Assembly (NCBI RefSeq): GCF_964204645.1 | Contig: NC_134030.1 | Span: 9,761,222-9,825,221 of the forward strand | DNA: 64,000 bases | Source: Tubulanus polymorphus | Lineage: Eukaryota; Animalia; Nemertea | Direction: 5' to 3' | Part shown: positions 40,201-49,847 of the stretch, in pieces | Layout of the letters: each line of letters opens with the position of its first letter | Numbering within the stretch: the first letter of the stretch is position 1 | Position numbers and translations under genes: made by a program | Notes under the pieces: generated by a model | Databases searched by the model: none | The model's input: the letters and a program-made list of their open reading frames with translations, nothing else | Told to the model about the DNA's origin: nothing

Positions 40201-43200
40201 TGGTGTCTCTCCATGTGGATTCCCTCCAGTTGGTGTCTCTCCAGATGGTGTCTCTCCAGGTGGATTCCCTCCAGTTGGTGTCTCTCCGGATGGTGTCTCC
40301 CCATGCGGATTCCCTCCAGTTGGTCTCTCTCCAGATGGTATCTCTCCAGCTGGATTCCCTCCGTTTGGTGTCTCTCCATGTGGATTCTCTCCAGTTGGTG
40401 TCTCTCCAGATGGTGTCTCTCCAGGTGGATTCCCTCCAGTTGGTGTCTCTCCGGATGGTGTCTCTCCATGTGGATTCCCTCCAGTTGGTGTCTCTCCAGA
40501 TGGTGTCTCTCCAGGTGGATTCCCTCCAGTTGGTGTCTCTCCGGATGGTGTCTCCCCATGCGGATTCCCTCCAGTTGGTGTCTCTCCAGATGGTATCTCT
40601 CCATGTGGATTCCCTCCAGTTGGTGTCTCTCCAGATGGTGTCTCTCCAGGTGGATTCCCTCCAGTTGGTGTCTCTCCAGATGGTGTCTCTCCAGGTGGAT
40701 TCCCTCCAGTTGGTGTCTCTCCAGATGGTGTCTCTCCAGGTGGATTCCCTCCAGTTGGTGTCTCTCCAGATGGCGTCTCCCCATGCGGATTCCCTCCAGT
40801 TGGTGTCTCTCCAGATGGTATCTCTCCATGTGGATTCCCTCCAGTTGGTGTCTCTCCGGATGGTGTCTCTCCAGGTGGATTCCCTCCAGTTGGTGTCTCT
40901 CCAGATGGTGTCTCTCCAGGTGGATTCCCTCCAGTTGGTGCCTCTCCATGCGGATTCCCTCCAGTTGGCGCCTCTCCAGATGGCGTCTCTCCAGTTGGAT
41001 TCCCTCCATTTGGTGTCTCTCCATGTGGATTCCCTCCAGTTGGTGTCTCTCCAGATGGTGTCTCTCCAGGTGGATTCCCTCCAGTTTGTGTCTCTCCGGA
41101 TGGTGTCTCCCCATGCGGATTCCCTCCAGTTGGTGTCTCTCCAGATGGTATCTCTCCATGTGGATTCCCTCCAGTTGGTGTCTCTCCAGATGGTGTCTCT
41201 CCAGGTGGATTCCCTCCAGTTGGTGCTTCTCCAGATGGTATCTCTCCATGTGGATTCCCTCCAGTTGGTGTCTCTCCGGATGGTGTCTCTCCATGTGGAT
41301 TCCCTCCAGCTGGATTCCCTCCAGTTGGTGTCTCTCCATGCGGATTCCCTCCAGTTGGCGCCTCTCCAGATGGCGTCTCTCCAGTTGGATTCCCTCCAGT
41401 TGGTGTCTCTCCGGATGGTGTCTCTCCAGGTTGATTCCCTCCAGTTGGTGTCTCTCCAGGTGGATTCCCTCCAGATGGTGTCTCTCCAGTTGGTGTCTCT
41501 CCGGAAGATTTCTCTTTTGTTGGTTTCTCTCCAGACTGAGTGTCTCTGTTGGATGGCCCCCCTTCAGCTGGTTTCCCTCCGGTTGGCTTTTGTTTACCTG
41601 GCGTCTCCTCGCTCGATTTCTCTTCACTGGAATTTTCTTCACCCGATTTCCGTCGACTCGTAATTGACATGATCATTTTTCGGACCGAAATGAATTTGAT
41701 AATGTTGTATTTCATCAGCCATCCCGGAATTCTAGCCCTCCCCAATGGAACACGAGCAAATTTGAATTTTTCCTTAACGAGTTTAGAAAAATATGGTATC
41801 ATTTGCTTTGACATCGTCTCAGCAGGATTGTAACGGCCGACGAATACGATGGCTCTCTTAGGGACATTTCGAGGTCTGTAAGTGAACATAAATGAATGAT
41901 TTCATCTGCACTGAAAATTCGAAGATTTGTCCTCACTCCATGGCGGGACAATAAGGGACGACGTGCATGGTTATATATCGCAGCCGATTCGTGCGTAGCG
42001 TAAAACGATGATATACGCACGTCGAAAAGATTTTTTTTTTAATATCGTACTTTGAAGATGTATATTTTTATTCGAATCGGCTAAGAAGATAATGCACAAC
42101 GTCCACGATAAGCCGCCATACTTACTGAATGTCGGTAGCCGTTTTCAATTGGGTGACGTAGTCGGGTCGTCCAACCTCGTACTTCAAGCTTGCCAACTGG
42201 GTTAGATAAGATTGCTTGTCCTTTTCATCGGTAAACTCTAGTTTTACGTTGGGGCTCGATTTGATTCCTGTTAAGATGGTGATGGTGCACAAGTGATAAC
42301 AGAAGTTAGTGATTCCTGGTTAGATGGTAATGATGGAATATTTTACGGAAATTTTAGCAGAGAGGGCCAAGTGCAATGTTTTCCCAGATAACTGCTTTAT
42401 ATAACGATGAAAAATGCATTCATAAAAGTTTATGGACTACATACAGCAATTACCAACAGATTGATATCGCTATAAAAAAATCGAGAATGGAATGGGGTCA
42501 AGACTACCTAAACCTTCCGCCTTGGATCCGACCTGGGCCCTGGTGACCACTGAAATCTACTCACCTGTAATTATAACGTAAAGCCGCGCGTATTTGGGTC
42601 CCAATCTAAATGTTCGGACAACGATTTTCACGAAGTTCACGGCATCTCGGAATTTTCGTTCGTCGACCGATGCGTCGATCAGGAAAATCAAATCCATGTG
42701 TATCTTCACTCTTGGTAGAGCTGGTTATCAATGTTGCGTTAGGAAATTTGAAAAAGAAATTAAAAACAGCGGATAAAAAACGAGAAAAAAAGATTTTTCG
42801 TTCGCTTGAAAAAATGTGGACCGGTTTTCAGAGCTGCCATCTGTTCCTAATTTTCAGTATTTGTTACTATTTCATTATGAAAAACTGATTTATTTAATGC
42901 GTACAGAAATATGAAAGATGTTACTGAAGGTCTGACTGTTGATTACTGATCAACTTTAACATTTCCTTCGATATTTCAACGGAATGTTACTGAAAAGAAT
43001 TCAATTTGTTACTGATAGCACATTTTTGGAGGTTGGCGGCCCCGAGTTTTGCTCGAGCAGTCGACTAACAGATCTAGACGCTGTTAGTAATGAGTTACAG
43101 ATAGGGAAAAGAAACCCCTAAGAAATCGAAAAGTGTGCTTCAACGTGGACAAACAATACACAGCTCCCGTGCAGATGTAGTGTCCGTTTTGGGTTTGGTA

Positions 43201-46200
43201 TTGATTAAAGTGGAGACAAGGTCTGGAAACTAGAAAATGCCTGGGCCCATTGTCTAGAGACGGTACGATACGTCCCCCCCCCCAAAAAAAGTCTGTATAC
43301 AAATCCTGAATTCATCGAAAACGAAAATCTTTATCAATGATTTAGATTCTGAATCAACCGCAAGTGCGTGAGTCGATAAAACTGATACATACTGCAAGGC
43401 AATGTCATTGATAGTTCGGTTCATACCTTGATTTGACTTTTCTCTACTTATTTCTTCACTCGATTTCTTTCTTTTCGATTTATTCCTATTCGCTTTTCGT
43501 TTGTTTGTTTTTTCTTTGCTTGGTTTTTCTTCACTACTTGAACTCTCTTCACTTGAACTTTCTTCACTTGAATTTTCTTCATTCGAATTACTTGTTTGGT
43601 CTGCGACGTAAAATTAAAAAGGTTGCCAACTGAAGTTCATTTTCTACGCGAGTTTACCGTAAAGTTGATTAGCTCAAAACAGTTGAAGATACGTAGATAA
43701 GAAAAGTTACCGGTATTGAGTGACGTTGATCGTAGAAATTTTCGAATTTCACTGCTAGGAATAACCCGGAAATCTGTGATCGTTCTCAAGGATTTTGAAT
43801 CGACGCTGACTCCCATTGGCACGATGTACCCTCGTACGTTTTTCAGACCCAAGGTTTTAAAGAACGTCATAAAATATGGTTTATCTTCGTCTTCCAGGTT
43901 GAAAGCGCCGATCAGAATGGTCGATACACTCACCGGTGGTTCTGGTCGTTGGAACTGCCTTAAATATAAAGAATAAGCTCCACACTTTATACGACTGATC
44001 GTCCTTTCTATACTGATAACTCAAAATCGCTAAATCACAAGGCGATTTCGTGCTGCCATTGGTGAATGCCTGGGGCTGGTTTTATAGGCTGGTAATCTGA
44101 ACCCTGGGTTTAACTCAATGAAATTATATCGCATTTACCCGCGGATTTAAGATACTACCAGTCTATAAAACTAGGGCCTGGTCATGGCACATCGAAATGG
44201 TCACATTAACCGATGCCCGTTATCGTAATTCAAGTATTTTAACGTACTTCGATGTGATAAAATTGACTGCAGTTTTCACCAGTAATGTGTAACCCGGTTT
44301 GTCACCCGTGTACTCAACAGTTTCGATAGATTTGACAAAACGTGTGACGTCATCCGCAGTCGGAGACCGTTCATCAGTTGGTGGAAATCTTAGCTGTATA
44401 ACTTGATTCGTAACACCTGCAAAAAATCAAATTCAGAATTTACACGAATCATTGATATTTGAATTGATGATTATTTTATGAATATTCAACTTGATTGGCA
44501 TCCTCGTGCAGGAGGAATTCGAACCTCGCTACTTCGATGATGTCATTCTAAGCCAATCGTAAATCCTGTTTTATTCTAACCCGGGTTTTTCCATCTACAG
44601 TTATACAACAAGCAATCTGATTGGTGCCGCAAGTTTTCTTGCATGTACCCACGCACCCGGTCAAGTGAGGCGAGGGTTCGTACCGTGGTTCGTTCGTGGG
44701 GTTCGTTCGTGGCTGAATGTAGCGATGCCAGAAGGTTCTAATCCCTGCCGAATGAGAATGCTCGATCGGTCACTGAAGCCCCAAGTATAATGATTATCAA
44801 ATGGCTAAGTATTGTTTATTGTATGTCATTGAATGTCCAGAAAATGACGCTATGGAATAACTAACTTTTCAAATCAAAATGTTTATCAGTTAGGCCTTCT
44901 GCAAGGGGACTTAACAGAAATATATGTTGTATATTGATGGGCGCTTAACAACAATATATGTATTACATAAGAATATCGCAACTTTGATCAAATAAGGCGA
45001 GTCGTGAACCGCAGAATCGAGTAATCATTCCGTCCCAATGAAAGCCATTTGAAAGGCCGACTTCAGGGTTCACTCACCTGTTATAAAAACGAATATCCGT
45101 ATATTTTGCGGCACCTGGGTTCCGCGACGTAACCAGTCGACTAAGATCGTTTTCGCTCGCTTGAAATAAATCGGACCGGTTTTGCTGGAGCCGTCGATGA
45201 ATATGATGAAGTCTAGACGCCGCTTACCATGCTGAACTATAACAAATAACCAAATAACGAATGGCGTGTACCTAGATAGGCCTCGATTGCAATGAATGTT
45301 GTAAGATGCACACGCCAAATGGGCATCATTTTAGCCAGGTGTCCTATGAGTACTCCCCAGGAACAAATTCGAAAATTGAATGCAAAGAGAGGAACTATTT
45401 CACTTCCTCTGATTTTGGGGTGAAATCTATGGTGGCTGGTAACGGCCACGTGCATCATTTTTCTATGCCCTCGATTACTTATAAAGACCGAAACTTATAA
45501 AGTAAAGACGAAGTTTTCATTTTTGCTATCGGATGAACATCTTTCTTCGAAAAAAAAGTTGAAGAAAATTCGGCGAAAAAGTGATCGTAGGATACATTTC
45601 TATCAGAAAACAACCACGCGATAAGTCAGCGGAACAGTAACTCATACGTTGGCGATTACTTTTTTGCGTGGAAAAGTGAGTCGTCCTTGACTTATGTCCC
45701 CAAGACGCCACGGTAATCGGATTTTTTTTGCAAAACGAAAATTTTCTGCGAGAAGAATTTCCAAAACAAATGATTTATCTCAATGACTTGAATCCAAAAA
45801 TTCCACAAGAAATCATTTATCTCCCAGGACTCTTTGTTACTAAACAGCCACCATAAATGGCCAATAGCATGCAAACCACAGAACCACAGAAGTCTTTTCT
45901 ACTTACTGTCTATACTCGGCAAATGAACTGCAAAATTTAGAAAAAAAATGAATATCAAAACGTAGTCCTTATTTGGTCCATGGACCTACGTGCGTTGTCC
46001 TAATTTTTACAATGACGACAAAGTAGAACAAGCTTACTTACCAGAATAGCCCTTCGCGTATTCGGTCAGTCTTGGGAAACTCGATGGAAACTGAATTTGA
46101 TTTCCTAAATATTGAGAGATTTAAAATGTTCAGTCGTGACTGCACGGTAAATTCTCAACCGCAACAAATTTGGAAGCGAGCGTGAAATCAACAAAAAGAA

Positions 46201-48557
46201 ATATTTTTCAAAAGATTTTGTTAAGTAAGTGACGTGCAAACGATGATGATATCGTACCAATTTTGGGAAGATTCTTCGCGATCTGGATTCCGATAGATTG
46301 TGGATCTTTCTGCGATATTATCGGAACCTGCGATGGCAGCGCACCTGGTTCTATGGTCGCCGAGAAAGGTATGACATAAACGGAGACGTATTTCGTCAGC
46401 GTCAACCAGACGAAGTCGAACATCATTTTCGTCTGCGTGGTCGTACCCTTTAAAACGCCGCCAAAATATAGAACCATTCGAGGATTGGCGTCGGGCGAGC
46501 GAAAAAAGTAACCGGTTCTCAGGACGTAATTTATGTACGCTAGTCGAAGATCCATTTTCATAGGCGCATACTGATGATAGCTTCTGCCGATAGCTTTCAG
46601 TAAAGCCGGTACCCGTTTTGGTCTTCTCAAAACAGCGTGAGTTACCTTTGCGCCCCTGCCATTCAAAACTAATACCATCAGGTAGATTATCTTGGTTTGT
46701 CGTAACATTTGAGGGAGTGCAGCTAGGAGGGTTCGCTGGGTTTTATCGATAGTCGGTTTCGAAGATTCGTCGATGACGACCATTAGTTTCAACGCAGAGC
46801 TTGATTTCTTTTCATGCGATTTTCCCTTTTTGCGTCGCTCTTTGCTCGAAGAACCAGAACTTTCTTCGCTTGATGTTCCCGTATTGCAGCCCATTCTCCC
46901 TTTACGGTATCGGCGTCGTTGGTCCATTGAATCAGGAATGTCTTGCTCGTCGCTCATTTGACCATGCCTTAAAATCGTCGATGAAAAAAATGTTCATGCG
47001 TAACGTGTTTGACTGTACTATACGGAAGCGCCCTGGCGACACGATTTAAAGAAAATATAATTTTTCTAATGAGTTTTTTCTGACCACGAAATCATTTACG
47101 ATTAATAAAAACGGTTTCTTCGATTTAAATCGGGTTAAAAACTCGCCAACGAAGGTTTTGCCGATTTCGCGACGAGTTATCGATGCGAATACTCGAATTT
47201 AGAATCGACAAAACCTTTTACTGATCGTAAATGAATTTGCGTTGAGTCAGGAACTCAACATTAAATCTGAAAAAAAAGATTCTATAATCGAAAATAATTT
47301 ACGTTGAGATATGACTCGAATTTCTATTTTTCCTAAATGATCTCCACGGGATGCTTCCGCACTTTACATTCAAATATACTGAGATAAGTTCGATTCCATA
47401 TTTTTGTTCCCTTAATTATCAAGTATTACAAAATACAGAATCAGCACGTACATGTACCTACAACGATATCACTAGCGTTATTAGGCCGTTATCTTTTTAA
47501 GTTATAAGAATTATTGAATCGGACGTACAAGTTGGGGATTATAGATGGCTTAAACATTGTGAGACGACTTAAGCAAGTTTGACTTTTAGTAACGACGCAG
47601 CATTAGACCGTTTTTCTATTTTTTAGATAACGGATCAGCCACCGAACATTTCCTATTTCTAGGTGTGAAAAAATACAATTTCTAGGGGTGAAAAAACTTC
47701 ATTTTCATTTTTCCCACCGCCCCCGTATTTTCAAGCATAGATATGAAAATAGAAATAAACATTTATAATTTTTTCCACTGTCACATCATCCTTTGACATT
47801 ACACACAAAAAATCAAAGTGGACGATGGTGTTCTAATGGATATTTTGTCGGTTTCGTTCAGTAAATAGCCTGACTTGCAAAAAGGCGGCATAGTAATAAT
47901 ATAGGCCATAAATAGACAATATTCGGGTATCATTATCCAAAACGACCTCCAAAATAAAGCAATCTGTTTCCAAATTCTATTTTCTAATTCACCCCCTCCC
48001 CAATCATGTCAAGTCTATCAAACCAGTAATTCAACTTACAATAAAAACGGGCTTACTCCCATAAAAATATTTCTAGCTATATTGAAATAAGAATATTTGT
48101 TACCATCGGTTTGATATCGAGTTTTTCTTAACAAAATAAATATTCAAGATATCAACTCAGATTTAATGATTCATATTTCAAGTTATGAGTTGCCTTACCG
48201 TTCATTGTGTCGCGAGATGACCTTCTTTATCTTCAGACATTTTACGCTGCCGAAATCTTTAAAATTTGAAGAAAAATAGTGGAAAAAATGTTCACGTGAA
48301 TCTCTCGAAAGCGACTAAACAGCTTAGAAGTTTATGACAGTCGTCTCTTCGTATATTGCTGAATAGCGCGTGAGATATAACTCCGGATATCAATAATAGA
48401 CTATAAGGCCTTGTATTCCATAGATAAATTTGCATAAAAAGATACTAGCTGGCAGAATTCATTTTTCAATTGTTCAAAAGATGATTTATGCGCGTAACTT
48501 ACTTGAAAGATTGACAGCGATGTACAGAATAAGGATCGCCAATGTCCAAACCCTCAT
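31222..48557 (-). CDS. Giant secreted multi-VWA protein with Gly/Pro/Thr/Glu/His pentapeptide repeat and C-terminal Cys-rich modules (26 coding exons, ~2564 aa)
   Basis: Coding exons: 48503-48557, 48199-48256, 47222-47266, 46258-46967, 46042-46104, 45078-45236, 44248-44416, 43711-43958, 43427-43600, 42565-42720, 42126-42267, 38220-41875, 37873-37941, 37237-37392, 36449-36620, 35660-35943, 35407-35559, 34516-34657, 34003-34238, 33469-33612, 33100-33222, 32712-32888, 31930-32058, 31580-31744, 31339-31422, 31222-31247. All introns GT-AG with matching phases; total 7695 nt, open to TAA. N-terminus MRVWTLAILILYIAVNLSNFGSVKC is signal-peptide-like. VWA first strands: LMVVIDESSK, LDFIIFIDGSSK, MDLIFLIDASVD, LDFILFVDASRK, MDMIFMVDASVG. 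Weakest junction is the GTAAAA donor at 47221. Confidence 0.85.
32090..32632. mobile_element. Intronic MITE (gccgattcgagccgcat / atgtggctcgaatcagc ends) holding a 20-bp tandem repeat and a GGGGTACC-MITE fragment
   Basis: Inverted ends; tctaaccgtccaaaaacaaa about 3 times at 32151-32208; related ends at 60234-60392. Confidence 0.5.
34761..35352 (+). mobile_element. Degenerate GGGGTACC-TIR MITE with a nested palindromic MITE (34771-34885)
   Basis: aatgggatac / ggtattccatt ends; nested ggggccgtaatcacgaagcacccgta...tacgggtgcttcctgaatacggtccc. Confidence 0.55.
36045..36338 (-). mobile_element. GGGGTACC-TIR MITE copy (reverse), intronic
   Basis: ggcaggcgaggatccaccaggttcgctagtag...gccatctggtggccagttccccatt. 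Confidence 0.75.
38220..41875 (-). CDS. Exon 12 of the multi-VWA gene (3656 nt): end of the third VWA domain plus pentapeptide repeat
   Basis: Acceptor cacttacag| (phase 2), donor CCAG|gtgagc (phase 1). The 5' part (RAIVFVGRYNP...MIPYF) is paralogous to exon 34003-34238 (RSIVVVGYYSP...MKPYF), which fixes the GETPT/GGNPH frame as the real one. Confidence 0.9.
38232..41505 (-). repeat. Coding tandem repeat, 15-nt unit with 45-nt and 135-nt higher-order blocks
   Basis: + strand units tggtgtctctccaga / tggattccctccagt / tggtgtctctccatg over about 3.3 kb; encodes GETPS, GETPT, GGNPH, GGNPP, GGNPA, GEIPS, GEAPT. Confidence 0.98.
44498..44760. mobile_element. Second copy of the B-box MITE
   Basis: acaagcaatctgattggtgccgcaagtttt and cgatgccagaaggttctaatccctgccga match the reverse complement of the 20003-20350 element. 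Confidence 0.6.
46258..46967 (-). CDS. Exon 4 of the multi-VWA gene: basic/Ser-rich segment plus an intronless VWA-like domain
   Basis: ORF 46208-46957 contains SSEESSGSSSKERRKKGK then LKLMVVIDESSK...RMVLYFGG...VSVYVIPFS; acceptor ttttaag| at 46967, donor G|gtacga at 46258. Confidence 0.8.
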
Positions 48558-48647
48558 GACTATGCAACGTCCACTAACTATTCGCTGCTACTCACTGAAA
48601 TCGACGAATATATCCCAAGTTTATCACCAGATTCTTACAAAGCTTAC

Positions 48648-48801
48648 CTTGCGAGGTGAAGCGAAAAGAACAACAAGAAACATACCCACTAACAGAGTAA
48701 AAACAACGACCAGATGAACAGTAGAGGAGTTTCGAAGTTTCAATGCGTTTTGTGATATTGAATGTAACGCGTAACTCCTTTGCTAATCGCCTCTTTTTAT
48801 A
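48648..48801 (-). promoter_or_regulatory. TATA box and non-coding first exon of the multi-VWA gene
   Basis: Minus-strand TATAAAA at 48795-48801; strong donor AAG|gtaagc at 48648; acceptor tttcag| at 48594 just upstream of the signal-peptide ATG. Confidence 0.6.
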
Positions 48802-49847
48802 GCATGGAATTATCGAGGAGTGTTGTTAATTAGCGATTTGCTCAAAATTATTGGCTAGAATTTCTTAAAACACAATAGAACACTTAAACATTTGAAAACG
48901 TTTGCCAGATGGTCGAGTGTCACGAATCGCTGGCTCGTCTTGACGTGTTTTATCCAACCACTTACAGATAATACTCTCGAAAAGGTAATGAATTGATTAG
49001 CTGAAACCCTTCAACGGGAAGTTACATCGTAATGTCAGCTGTCGGTCATTGAATTTCCCCACTCTAGAATAAGATCTTATTCGATAAAACGGATAAAGTT
49101 CTGAATAGTGTGAAATTAATTGCTAGCAAACACGACCTCTTCAAGTCTATGTGAGTGGTTTGAACGCATGGTTTTCTTGGGTGTGACCATATCGAATCGA
49201 TTCGGGTTATAAAGCTCTGCATTTCTGCTAAGAATGGACGTGGTAGGTCCTACAGTTAATTTCGTTCTTTATTTGTATTGTCTATGGTTTTCTTGATTGA
49301 AGAAAGTCGAATGATAACTTGTAGAGCGATTAGAGTATCTTTGTGATACTACCATAGCGAATGAGTCACAAACGATGATCGGCAAGATTTACATCTTTTT
49401 TGAATAATGAAATCGTTTCTACCTTGAGCAAAGCATTCTGTAACCTTAACTTGCACTTTTTATCAGAAAGTTTACCCAATCTGCGGTCCAATTCTCTCCA
49501 GGAAAAAAAATGATAAGTATAGTTTATTAGAAATGTACAAATTTATTATAGTACGTCACTGCATAACAACATCTGGGGCCAGTTCCATAGCCAAGACTTA
49601 AATCCAAAAAGTGGTCTTGAGTCTTAAGAATTGTCTTAGGTTGCTAGATCGCCTATAGGATTGTCTTGGACTTGTCTTAAGTCTTTGACAAAACTAAAAT
49701 GATGTATTTGATGAGCTTCAAAATGGCTGATAGAATTGAATCGAGACGTCACTTCTCGTAGAATCTTATCGTGGGTTTTTCTATATTTTCTATAATGTTC
49801 GTTCGTGTGTCGTCACGACGGCAATAACTACTTATTCGGGAGTGTCT

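Noticed and set aside
38232-41505. CRISPR array or collagen
   Set aside because: No unique spacers and a eukaryotic exon context; Gly period is 5, not Gly-X-Y.
38235-41667. Three more ORFs over 1,100 aa across the repeat (two + strand, one alternative - frame)
   Set aside because: By-product of a 15-nt unit lacking stops; only the GETPT frame is continuous with the VWA exons and splice phases.
48648-48743. TTG/ATG-initiated hydrophobic peptide as the true signal peptide
   Set aside because: Ends in phase 0 and meets a stop in either downstream exon; a proper ATG and signal peptide exist at 48557.
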